This document shows positions 9,597 through 17,908 of a DNA stretch of 34,990 nucleotides, one piece after another. Every line of letters begins with the position of its first letter. Within the stretch, counting starts at the first letter, position 1. The notes below the pieces were generated by a model. That model saw only the letters and a program-made list of their open reading frames with translations, had not been told where the DNA came from and searched no databases. Both the position numbers and the translations under genes were made by a program. Origin of the DNA: Occultella glacieicola (GTDB lineage Bacteria; Actinomycetota; Actinomycetes; Actinomycetales; Beutenbergiaceae); contig NZ_SMNA01000008.1 in assembly GCF_004353825.1 (NCBI RefSeq), positions 186,001 through 220,990 on the forward strand. Direction: 5' to 3'.

Positions 9597-10253
9597 ATGC
9601 GCGTCGCCCTCGCCGAGGATTCGGTCCTGCTCCGTGAGGGGCTGATCCGGCTTCTCGAGGAGGCCGACTGTGAGGTGGTGGCCGCGGTCGGGGACGGTGA
9701 CGCCCTGGTCGCCGCGGTGTCCGAGACCCGCCCCGACGTGGCCGTCGTCGACGTGCGGATGCCGCCGTCGTTCACCGACGAGGGCCTGCGTGCCGCGCTG
9801 ACGATCCGGGAACGGGTGCCGAGCACCGCCGTGCTGGTGCTCTCGCAGTACGTGGAGGAGTCCTACGCGGGGGATCTGCTCGCCACCGGAGCCGGCGTCG
9901 GGTACCTGCTGAAGGATCGGGTCGCCGACCTCGACGAGCTCTCCGACGCCCTCGCGCGAGTGGCCGCCGGCGGGACGGTGCTCGATCCCACGGTGGTGTC
10001 CCAGTTGTTCGCGGGCCGCCGGGCCCGACCGGTGCAGCGGCTCACCGCCCGCGAGCGTGAGGTCCTCACGCTGATGGCGCAGGGGCGCACGAACACCGCC
10101 ATCGGACGCGCCATGGTGATCACGCCGAAGGCGGTCGAGAAGCACGTGTCGTCGATCTTCGACAAGCTCGACCTGCCGCCGTCGGGCGACGACCACCGGC
10201 GGGTCCTCGCCGTCCTCACCTGGCTGCGGGAGGGGACCGCGTCGGTGTCCTGA
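9597..10253 (+). CDS. NarL/LuxR-family response regulator
   Basis: LAEDSVLLREG, DVRMPP, LSQY, GYLLKDRV, LTAREREVLTLMAQG, VEKHVSSIFDKL. Confidence 0.96.
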   Translation: MRVALAEDSVLLREGLIRLLEEADCEVVAAVGDGDALVAAVSETRPDVAVVDVRMPPSFTDEGLRAALTIRERVPSTAVLVLSQYVEESYAGDLLATGAGVGYLLKDRVADLDELSDALARVAAGGTVLDPTVVSQLFAGRRARPVQRLTAREREVLTLMAQGRTNTAIGRAMVITPKAVEKHVSSIFDKLDLPPSGDDHRRVLAVLTWLREGTASVS

Positions 10254-10395
10254 GCTGGACGTGGGCGTCGATCCGGACCCGGCGGCGGGCGTCCGACCCG
10301 ACCCCGACCCTGAGGGGCTCGGGGTGGGATCCCGGGGGCGAATGGGGGGCATACCCCATGGCCGCGCCGCTGCCCGGGACGGTTGGCTGGGAGCC

Positions 10396-11049
10396 ATGGA
10401 AAGCCTCCTCGCCGGACTCGCCGACCACTTCGGACCACTCCTGCTCGCACTCGGCGCGCTGTTCGCATTCGCCGAGTCCGCGCTCGGTCTCGGCTTCGTG
10501 TTCCCCGGCGAGACCGTGGTGCTCGGCATCGGCGCGGCGACGAGCACCGGTGACCAGGTCGCCCTGGCGATCGGGGTCGTCGCACTCGGTGCCACGGCCG
10601 GGGACCACCTCGGCTACCTGATCGGGAAGAGGGCCGGACCCACGCTCCGGGAGACGCGGGTGGTGAGCCGGGTCGGTACCCGGCACTGGGACCGCGGCGC
10701 GCGGATGCTGCGTCGTTACGGGGTCCTGGCGATCATCGTCTCCCGGCTGCTCCCGGCCGTGCGCACGCTGGTGCCACCGGCCGCGGGAGCGAGCCGGGTG
10801 GGCTACGGGACGTTCGTGGTCGGGTCGATCGTCGGAGCGTTGCTGTGGTCCGGGCTCTGGGTCGGCGTCGGCGCCGCGGCCCGGACGGCGTTGCCCCAGG
10901 CCGCCGCCAGGCTCGGCACGGCCAGTTGGCTGGTGCTCGCGGGCGTGGTGGTGGCCGCGGTCGTGTCGGTGCTCGCGGTGCGCCTCGCCCGTCGCCGCTC
11001 CCGGGCAGCGGGCCGGGTCGCCGCGGATGACGTCACCGAGTGCGCCTGA
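10396..11049 (+). CDS. DedA-family membrane protein
   Basis: FAESALGLGFVFPGE, GDHLGYLIG, SRLLPAVRTLVP.AAG; start at ATG 10396. Confidence 0.92.
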   Translation: MESLLAGLADHFGPLLLALGALFAFAESALGLGFVFPGETVVLGIGAATSTGDQVALAIGVVALGATAGDHLGYLIGKRAGPTLRETRVVSRVGTRHWDRGARMLRRYGVLAIIVSRLLPAVRTLVPPAAGASRVGYGTFVVGSIVGALLWSGLWVGVGAAARTALPQAAARLGTASWLVLAGVVVAAVVSVLAVRLARRRSRAAGRVAADDVTECA

Positions 11050-11128
11050 GGGCGCTCGACCATGCCGCATGGGCGGGAGCACCGGCGCACGCCGAGTACG
11101 CCCGGGTGCACCGGCCCCGGAGGCCGCG

Positions 11129-11914
11129 TCAGGCGCGGGGCGGGTGCACCCCGCCGCGCGCGAGCCAGTTGATCCACGCATCGCGCCAGTCGGTGACCGG
11201 CGCGCCGACCTCGTCGCCGAGGCCGACGCCGTGCCGCCCGGTGGGGTAGACGTGCAGTTCGAACGGCACGGCCGCATCCCGCAGCGCTGCGGCCATCAGG
11301 AGCGAGTTCTCCACCGGGACCGCGGCGTCGTCCGCGGTGTGCCACAGGAACGCCGGCGGAGTGTTCGAGTCGACCCGGCGTTCCACGCTCAGGGAGGCCG
11401 CACGGGCCTCGGTGTCGGTCTCGCCGAGCAGGTTCCGGCGCGAGTCGACGTGGGCCCGATTCACGAGCGAGATCACCGCATAACTGAGTGTGACCAGATC
11501 CGGCCGACCCAGGGTGTGCACGTCGGCGCCGTCGCGTGCGGCCAGGTCGGCCCGCTCGGCCTCGGTGACCGTGGCGACCGAGCCGGCGAGGTGGCCGCCG
11601 GCGGAGAAGCCGACCACCGCCACCGGCCCGGAGAAGGCCCCGTGCACCCCGGCTCGGAGGTCGGCCAGCGCGAGCAGGACCTGGTCCAGGGCATCCGGAT
11701 GGATGGCCGGTGCCACCGGGTACTCCAGGTGCCCTGACGCGATGCCGCGCTCGGCGAGAAACGCCGTGACGCCCGGTCCCTCGTGCTCGGACCGCCCGGC
11801 GTAACCACCGCCCGGCAGCACGAGCACGAACCCGGAGGCACCGCCGTCGGCCAGTTCCTCGGCGCTGGGATGCAGAACGAGCGGGACGCGCGGAACTCGA
11901 CCGGTTGCCGACAT
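11129..11914 (-). CDS. Alpha/beta hydrolase (BD-FAE/xylan esterase-like)
   Basis: LPGGGY, GFSAGGHLA, TPPAFLWHTADD..VP, ELHVYPTGRHG. ATG 11914 is preceded by TACAGT 7 nt upstream. Confidence 0.9.
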   Translation of the reverse strand: MSATGRVPRVPLVLHPSAEELADGGASGFVLVLPGGGYAGRSEHEGPGVTAFLAERGIASGHLEYPVAPAIHPDALDQVLLALADLRAGVHGAFSGPVAVVGFSAGGHLAGSVATVTEAERADLAARDGADVHTLGRPDLVTLSYAVISLVNRAHVDSRRNLLGETDTEARAASLSVERRVDSNTPPAFLWHTADDAAVPVENSLLMAAALRDAAVPFELHVYPTGRHGVGLGDEVGAPVTDWRDAWINWLARGGVHPPRA

Positions 11915-11966
11915 GCGCAGCACTGTAGGGCACCCGACGGGCGGTCGGCGCCGCCGTCGCGACGGG

Positions 11967-12611
11967 TCAGTGCACGGGGTAGGTGGCCGGGGCCTTCTCG
12001 AACGCCCGGGAGATGCGCTCGCGGCGTTCGAGCACCTCGTCGCGCATGTCCTCCATGTCCCGCAGCACCCGCTTGCGGACCCGCTTGCTGAGGAGATCGA
12101 CGTAGAGCTGGCCGTGCAGGTGGCCGACCTCGTGCTGGAAGCAACGGGCCAGGTAGTCCCTGCCCTCGAGTTCGACGGGCTCGCCGTGCTGATCGACCCC
12201 GCGCACACGCACGTGCACGGGGCGGAACAGGTCCGCGCCGGGGCCGGGCACGCTCAGGCAGCCCTCCTCGCCCTCCTCGGTCTCGCCGTCCAGCACCGTG
12301 AGCACAGGGTTCACCACGTGCCCGACGTGACGAACGTCGTCGGAGTCGGTCAGGTCGTAGACGAACAGCCGGACGTCCTCGCCGACCTGGTTCGCCGCCA
12401 GGCCGACGCCCTCGGCGACGAGCATGGTCGCGAACATGTCGTCCACGAGCCGGGCCAGTTCCGGTGACCCGAAGTTCTCGACATCCCGGCACGGGTGGTG
12501 CAGGACGTCCTCGCCGACCTCGGTGATCCGCAGCGCCTGACCGCGGGTCGCCTCGGGCGGGACCTCGGGATAGTTCGCCACGGGAACGCCTTGGAGGAGG
12601 GTGGTGCTCAT
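11967..12611 (-). CDS. def: Peptide deformylase
   Basis: All three PDF motifs are present: GVGLAANQVG, EGCLS, QHEVGHLHG. Confidence 0.95.
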   Translation of the reverse strand: MSTTLLQGVPVANYPEVPPEATRGQALRITEVGEDVLHHPCRDVENFGSPELARLVDDMFATMLVAEGVGLAANQVGEDVRLFVYDLTDSDDVRHVGHVVNPVLTVLDGETEEGEEGCLSVPGPGADLFRPVHVRVRGVDQHGEPVELEGRDYLARCFQHEVGHLHGQLYVDLLSKRVRKRVLRDMEDMRDEVLERRERISRAFEKAPATYPVH

Positions 12612-12704
12612 GTCGACCATTGTTCCGCAAGCGCGGGGGTGCCCGGTGTTCCCCGACCGTCGGTCGGCGACGCTGGGCCGGCGACGCCCGGCGGCCGTCG
12701 TCAC

Positions 12705-14438
12705 TCAGTGGCCCCTGAACGCCTCGGCCAGCCACCAGGACGGCTCGGAGTCGGCCACCTTCGCGTCGATCAGGAGCGGCGTGTCGCGGGGACCGCGCAG
12801 CCAGTCGATCACCGGCGCCAGGTCCTCGGGGCGTCGCACCGTGACCCCGGTGAAGCCGTACCCGCGCGCGATGGCGGCGAGGTCGGTGTCGCCGAACTCG
12901 ACGAACCCGTGATCGGTCCCGCTGCGACCGAAGTGGTGCAGTTCGGCGCCGTAACCGCCGTCGTTGTAGACGATCACCACGAGCGGCAGGCCCAGCCGGA
13001 CGACGGTCTCGAGTTCGGATGCGGCCATCAGGATGCCACCGTCGCCGGTGCCCAGGACGGGCAGCCGCCCCGGGTGCGCGAGGGCGGTGCCGATAGCGGA
13101 GCCGAGGCCGAGCCCGACGCACTGGAACGCCTGGCTGAAGCACAGCGACCGTTCGTCGGCGACCTCGAGGAACATCGACGGATAGCCGAGGAAGTTTCCC
13201 GAGTCCACGGCGACCACCCGGTCGGCGTCGAGGATCTCGTCGAGCCCGACGGTGAGCGTACGAGGGTCGATCCGCTCAGCGGTCGACAGATCGTCGTACA
13301 GCACGTCCCGCCAGCGCCCCTCGTCCGCGATGCGGCCGCGGACGGACTCGGTCCGGTAGCCGACGGCTGTGTGCCCGCGTCCGGCCAGCCGCGCGGTGGT
13401 GTGCTCGGCGGTCCGGGCGCTGTCGCCGATCACCGCCAGGTCCACCGGCCGGTGCCGGCCCGGCGCCATCGGATCGACGTCCACCTGGACCACCCGCGCG
13501 CTCGGCCCGATCAGGGTCCCGTGACGCGTCGTCCACATGTTCAACGCGCACCCGAACGAGACGATCAGGTCCGCGCCCGCGATCAGTTCGGCGGCCAAGG
13601 GCGTGGCGAACCCGCCGGAGACGTCCAGGTCCCACGCATCCCCCCGGAAGAGACCACGGACGACGGCGGAGGTCGCCAACAAGGCGCCCGTCGCCTCGCC
13701 TAGGGCGCGCAGGGCGGGACCCGCGTCGCGGGCGCCGCGGCCCGCCACGATCACCGGACGCCGGGCCGTCGCGAACGCGTCCACGAGCGCCGTGACGGCA
13801 TCCGGGTCGGGGGCGGGGGAACCCGCGAATGTGGTCTCGGGCGGGCCGGTCCTCGGCACGTCGGGGCCCGGCGGGTCGGTGCCGGGCCGGCCGACGGCCG
13901 CAGTGCGTGACTGCTCGCCGACCGGCGTCGGTGCGTCCGCCGTCACGCCGTCGACCTCCGTGCCCTGCACGTCCAAGGGCAGGTTCAACAGCACCGGGAT
14001 GCGTTCGGTCACGGCGAGCCGGTGGGCGAGCGCGGCGTCGCGGGCAGCGCTACCGGCCGAGACCCGTAGGCTGCGCCCACCGACCGACTCGATCAGCCGG
14101 TCCTGGGCGATCCGGAAGTTCGAGTGCAGGGCCGACCCCGCGGTCTCGGCAGCCAGGATGACCATCGGCGTGCCACTCTTCGCGGCCTCGGTGATGCCGG
14201 TGACCGCGTTCGTGAGACCGCAGCCCTGATGCACGCTGAGCGCGCTCACGCCGCCGCCCATCCGCGAGTAGGCATCCGCCATCGCGGCCGCGCCACCCTC
14301 GTGCCGGGCCGCGACGTAGGTGGCACCGGCGTCGATCATGGACCGAGTGACGGCGTAGTTGCCGCTGCCGATCACGCCGAACACCTGCGTCACCCCGAGG
14401 CCGACCAGGGTCCGGGCGACGACCTCCTGGACCTGCAC
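12705..14438 (-). CDS. Thiamine-diphosphate-dependent enzyme (decarboxylase / acetolactate synthase-like family)
   Basis: FGVIGSGN, ARHEGGAAAMADAY, HQGCGLTNA, ThDP motif GDGG...YNDGGYG. GTG start 1 nt after the cyclase stop. Confidence 0.9.
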   Translation of the reverse strand: MQVQEVVARTLVGLGVTQVFGVIGSGNYAVTRSMIDAGATYVAARHEGGAAAMADAYSRMGGGVSALSVHQGCGLTNAVTGITEAAKSGTPMVILAAETAGSALHSNFRIAQDRLIESVGGRSLRVSAGSAARDAALAHRLAVTERIPVLLNLPLDVQGTEVDGVTADAPTPVGEQSRTAAVGRPGTDPPGPDVPRTGPPETTFAGSPAPDPDAVTALVDAFATARRPVIVAGRGARDAGPALRALGEATGALLATSAVVRGLFRGDAWDLDVSGGFATPLAAELIAGADLIVSFGCALNMWTTRHGTLIGPSARVVQVDVDPMAPGRHRPVDLAVIGDSARTAEHTTARLAGRGHTAVGYRTESVRGRIADEGRWRDVLYDDLSTAERIDPRTLTVGLDEILDADRVVAVDSGNFLGYPSMFLEVADERSLCFSQAFQCVGLGLGSAIGTALAHPGRLPVLGTGDGGILMAASELETVVRLGLPLVVIVYNDGGYGAELHHFGRSGTDHGFVEFGDTDLAAIARGYGFTGVTVRRPEDLAPVIDWLRGPRDTPLLIDAKVADSEPSWWLAEAFRGH

Positions 14439-14439
14439 G

Positions 14440-15207
14440 TCAGGCGCCCGTCGGCACCAGGGCGAGCACACGGGCCGGGCTGGCGGTGCCACCGACGATC
14501 GGGAGCGGGGCCGCGATCAACACGGCACCGCGGGTCGGCAGCGACTCCAGGTTCCGCAACTGCGTCAGGCCGTACTTGCCGGCGCCGAGAAGGAGGTTGT
14601 GGCCGGGGTAGGGCGGGTCGAACGACCCGGCCTGACCGGCGTCCGTGCCCACCGTCTCCACGGCCATCCCGATGATGTGCGGGTGCTCGGCCACGAAGCG
14701 CGCCGCCTCCGTGGACGGACCGGGCGTGTGCGGACCGTCCTCGGCGTTGTTCAGGAACGCCACGGCGTCGTCGGCCCGCGCGGCCCAGCCGGTGCGCAGC
14801 ACGAGCCAGCTGGGCTCGGTGATGGCGCCGTGCTCGACCTCCCAGGCCCGCAGGTGCGCCGGCTCGAGCAGGAAGTCCGGGTTCAGGGCGACCTCATCGC
14901 TCACGTCCACCACGACTGCGGGAGCGACCAGCTTCTCCGGCGGGATCTGCGAGACGTCCTCGCCGTCCTTGCCCGTGATCCAGTGCTTCGGGGCGTCCAG
15001 GTGGGTGCCGGTGTGTTCACCCGTGGTGAAGACGTTGCAGTGCCAGGCCGGTCCCCGTTCGTCGAAGTGGGCCACCTCGGTCAACTCGAACGGAACCGTG
15101 TTCACCCACGGCTCGGGCAGTTCGAGGATCGGGGTCTGTGCGGTCAGCGGGGCAGTCAGATCGATGACCCGGACGGCTCCGGAGGTCAGGGCGGCGGTGA
15201 GGTCCAT
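14440..15207 (-). CDS. Cyclase-family metal amidohydrolase, isatin-hydrolase-like
   Basis: HxGTHxDxPxH motif (EHTGTHLDAPKH), HWITGKD, PDFLL, GPHTPGP, GTDAGQAG, HNLL; SD GAAGGAG upstream. Confidence 0.9.
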   Translation of the reverse strand: MDLTAALTSGAVRVIDLTAPLTAQTPILELPEPWVNTVPFELTEVAHFDERGPAWHCNVFTTGEHTGTHLDAPKHWITGKDGEDVSQIPPEKLVAPAVVVDVSDEVALNPDFLLEPAHLRAWEVEHGAITEPSWLVLRTGWAARADDAVAFLNNAEDGPHTPGPSTEAARFVAEHPHIIGMAVETVGTDAGQAGSFDPPYPGHNLLLGAGKYGLTQLRNLESLPTRGAVLIAAPLPIVGGTASPARVLALVPTGA

Positions 15208-15309
15208 GGGGCTCCTTCGGCGGGGTGACGGCTTCGTCCTCGCGGATCGTATCGACTGCCGCCCGCTCCTGGTGCCGGTCGTCCACACCCGGGGAGAGGA
15301 GCGCAAAGT

Positions 15310-15348
15310 GGTGTGCTTCCGACGTACCGGGTACGTCGGACTCACACC
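15310..15348 (-). terminator. Long stem-loop downstream of the membrane protein gene
   Basis: GGTGTG-ct-TCCGACGTAC-cgg-GTACGTCGGA-ct-CACACC. Confidence 0.6.
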
Positions 15349-15377
15349 GCAACAGACAGACCGGAGTCCGGCGAGCG

Positions 15378-16808
15378 TCAGTCCCAGCGCACCTCGGGGA
15401 CGTCGGCGCCGAAGTCGACGGCGGGCGCACCGAGGTGCCCGGCGCTGCCGGCGATCAGTTCGCAGCGGCCGGCCTGACCGTCCTCGGAGCAGTCGAACTC
15501 GACGTGGACCGTGCCGATGGGCTCGCCGCTCACGATCCTCGGGTCGTAGGCGTCGATGTCGGCCTCGAGGGAGTCGAGGGTCGCCTGGGCCTCGGCCGAC
15601 AACGTCCTGGAGATGGTGCCCTCGGTCACCGTGGTGCCCTGGATCGTGCCGGGCAGGTCGATGCCGCAGCCGGCGGCGAGCGTCGTCGAGGCGATGCATG
15701 TGCCGACCGCCTCGCCGACCAGGGTGCGGAAGGTTGCGAGGCCCGCGTCGCTCAGCACGACGTCAGCGTCGAAGTCCGCCGCGTCGTAGTCCTGTGAGAC
15801 GGTCGTCACCGTGGTGCCGCCGAGCGTGAACATCGGGTCGGACACGCTCAACTCGTAGGCGCCCAGGAACACCTCCACCTCCATGTCCGTGACCGGGACA
15901 CCATTGACCAGCGCGCCTGCGGCGACCAGCGGATCGCCGATGTAGAGGCTGCCGTAGCCGCCGACGATCTCCCACTCGGCGGTGTCCTCGGCGGACGCAG
16001 GGCCGACGACCCTCAGGGTGATCTCGACCTGCTCGTCGCCCAACAGGTACGACGCCCGGACGTCGACCGTTCCGAGCGCGGCCTCCGGAACGACGGGAGC
16101 CACCTCGATCTCGGTGATCGGCGCGACCGCGTTCGATGCCGCCAGCACTTCATCGGTCATCAGCACCGACGGCCCGGCGGTGAGCGTGAGGAACGAGAGT
16201 GCCGTCTCGGCGTCGCCGTCCGCCAGTGCGTGCAGGTAGCCCTGGACGGGAGCGATCGCGGCGTCAGCTCGTGCCTGCGCGGCGGCCTCGGCGGCCAGCG
16301 CCGAGGCGGTCGCCTCCTCCGCCGCCCGCTGCTCCGCGCGCCGGGCACTCGTGACCGAGAGCACCACGACGAGTGCGATCACGAGCACGAGGGAGCCGAT
16401 GATGGCGAGGAGCACACCCCTGCGCATCGGCCTGCGCGGTGGCGTGGCCGCGGGCTGGAGCAGTCCTGGCGGGGGGCCGTGCCACGGTTCGTGCGGATCC
16501 GGCATGGAGCGTTGCTGCGAGGAGCCTGGCGGCCAGGGCTGCTGCGCCGAGTCCTGCGGCCAGGGTTGCTGCGCCGCCTGCGGTGGGACCTGCTGCCAGG
16601 GTTGGCCGCCGTTGCTCAGCGGCCAGGGCCGGTCCACACCGGGTGCCTGCCAGGCCGGCCGTGCCGACTGTCCGCCCGGTGATGACCACGGCGACCGGGC
16701 CTCGGGCGGCCTGACGTATGAGGGCGGGCCCGGGTCCGAGTGCGGCCCCGGAGACCGGTCCGGCCGAGCCCCGGTGTGCTCCCCGGGCTGCTGTGAGTCC
16801 TGCCCCAT
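15378..16808 (-). CDS. Hypothetical single-pass membrane protein (Pro/Gln-rich N-terminus, acidic extracytoplasmic domain)
   Basis: SD GAGGAG before ATG 16808; QQPWP repeats; TM segment GVLLAIIGSLVLVIALVVVLSV; VQGYLHALADGDAETAL; four Cys near the C-terminus. Confidence 0.8.
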   Translation of the reverse strand: MGQDSQQPGEHTGARPDRSPGPHSDPGPPSYVRPPEARSPWSSPGGQSARPAWQAPGVDRPWPLSNGGQPWQQVPPQAAQQPWPQDSAQQPWPPGSSQQRSMPDPHEPWHGPPPGLLQPAATPPRRPMRRGVLLAIIGSLVLVIALVVVLSVTSARRAEQRAAEEATASALAAEAAAQARADAAIAPVQGYLHALADGDAETALSFLTLTAGPSVLMTDEVLAASNAVAPITEIEVAPVVPEAALGTVDVRASYLLGDEQVEITLRVVGPASAEDTAEWEIVGGYGSLYIGDPLVAAGALVNGVPVTDMEVEVFLGAYELSVSDPMFTLGGTTVTTVSQDYDAADFDADVVLSDAGLATFRTLVGEAVGTCIASTTLAAGCGIDLPGTIQGTTVTEGTISRTLSAEAQATLDSLEADIDAYDPRIVSGEPIGTVHVEFDCSEDGQAGRCELIAGSAGHLGAPAVDFGADVPEVRWD

Positions 16809-16943
16809 GGTCACTCCTCGCCCCTGCGTCCGGCCCTCGAGGCCCGTGGCTCACGGGCGTGCACGGCTGCGTTTGGCGCGAATCGTACCGGCATCGTCGC
16901 TCGCCGGCGGGCGATACCCCCCACGGCACCCGAGCGCGGGCGG

Positions 16944-17651
16944 TCAGCCGGGCTCGGCAGTGGCGTCCCTGGCGGTGGCACCCTCGGCAGGTGCGTCGTC
17001 CTCCGAGAAGTTGGCACCGTCCGGCCAGGCGCAGAGGCACACCTTGTTGCCGGCGCGATCGGCGAGGATCCAGTGTCCCGGTGCCGCGTCGTGCACCACG
17101 GTCCCGCCCGCCGCCACGGCCGCCTCGAACCGGCCCCGGGCGTGCTCGCGCGCCACCGACACGTCGATGTGCATCGCGTGCCGAAGCGGCTTCGCCTCGT
17201 CGAGCCCCTGCATCCAGACCGTGGAGCCATGGCCGAGCGGGTCGATGCCGTTGTCATCGTCCATCGGGTCGTAGCCGAGGGCGGCCCGCCAGAAGGCGAT
17301 GTCGAGGTCGTCGGGTCTCGCCGCGATCGCGAGTTGCACCTCCTGGACCTGACTGCGGTCGGCGCGCGCGCCCTGCGCAGCGGCTACCGCCGAGACCGCC
17401 CGGGCCAGGTCAACGTGCCCGACCTCGAGTGCCCACAGGTCCCGGGTCAGCCGAACGGTGAGCCGGTCCCGGGCGATCGTGAGGATCCCGCCTGCGTCCT
17501 CGAACCCCGCGACCCCCGCGATCGCCCCGGCGAGCCGCACGGCCTCGACGAGCGAGCCGGTCGGGAACACCGCCGTCGCGCCACCGTGAAGGACGACCCA
17601 GTCGTCGAGGCCGGTGGCCCCGAGGAAGTGGCGCCAACCCTGTTCGCTCAT
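16944..17651 (-). CDS. VOC/glyoxalase-family protein with pterin-carbinolamine-dehydratase-like N-terminal half
   Basis: DWVVLHGGA.A.F, LTVRL...DLARAVS, AFWRAALGY, VWMQ...HIDV, WILADRAGNKVC; SD GGAGG. Confidence 0.82.
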   Translation of the reverse strand: MSEQGWRHFLGATGLDDWVVLHGGATAVFPTGSLVEAVRLAGAIAGVAGFEDAGGILTIARDRLTVRLTRDLWALEVGHVDLARAVSAVAAAQGARADRSQVQEVQLAIAARPDDLDIAFWRAALGYDPMDDDNGIDPLGHGSTVWMQGLDEAKPLRHAMHIDVSVAREHARGRFEAAVAAGGTVVHDAAPGHWILADRAGNKVCLCAWPDGANFSEDDAPAEGATARDATAEPG

Positions 17652-17733
17652 GTCCGGCCTCCGATTCTGGGGGTGGGTCCACCCTGGCCGAACCTACCGG
17701 CCGTCCGGGCGTGGCGGGCCACACCGGCCGACC

Positions 17734-17771
17734 GAAAACACGTTGACATCCCGCCGACGCCCCTGAAGGCT
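17734..17771 (+). promoter_or_regulatory. SigA-type promoter with WhiB7/WblC-type upstream box
   Basis: GAAAAC (17734-39), 3 nt, TTGACA (17743-48), 17 nt, AAGGCT (17766-71). Confidence 0.6.
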
Positions 17772-17824
17772 CTCTGACCTATCCGACCCATCGGCTCCCA
17801 GCCCGACGAGAGAACGGAACGACC

Positions 17825-17908
17825 ATGCGCGAGTTCGTGTGCACCGCAATCGCCCACCTGCACACGGAGAGCCATGGAACGTCCACGACCCAGCAGACCC
17901 ACACCTGA
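17825..17908 (+). CDS. Putative 27-aa leader peptide ([27 protein letters not shown]) overlapping the GTPase start
   Basis: ATG 17825 to TGA 17908; spans the hairpin 17834-17868 that covers the GTPase SD. Confidence 0.4.
   Translation: MREFVCTAIAHLHTESHGTSTTQQTHT

Noticed and set aside
10254..10320. Short GACCC/CCGACC repeats after the response regulator, considered as CRISPR or REP
   Set aside because: Irregular, few copies and no repeat-spacer periodicity; no cas genes.
15208..15377. Possible TPP riboswitch upstream of the cyclase/ThDP operon
   Set aside because: No CUGAGA or other TPP aptamer core was found; the hairpins are better explained as a terminator and promoter region.
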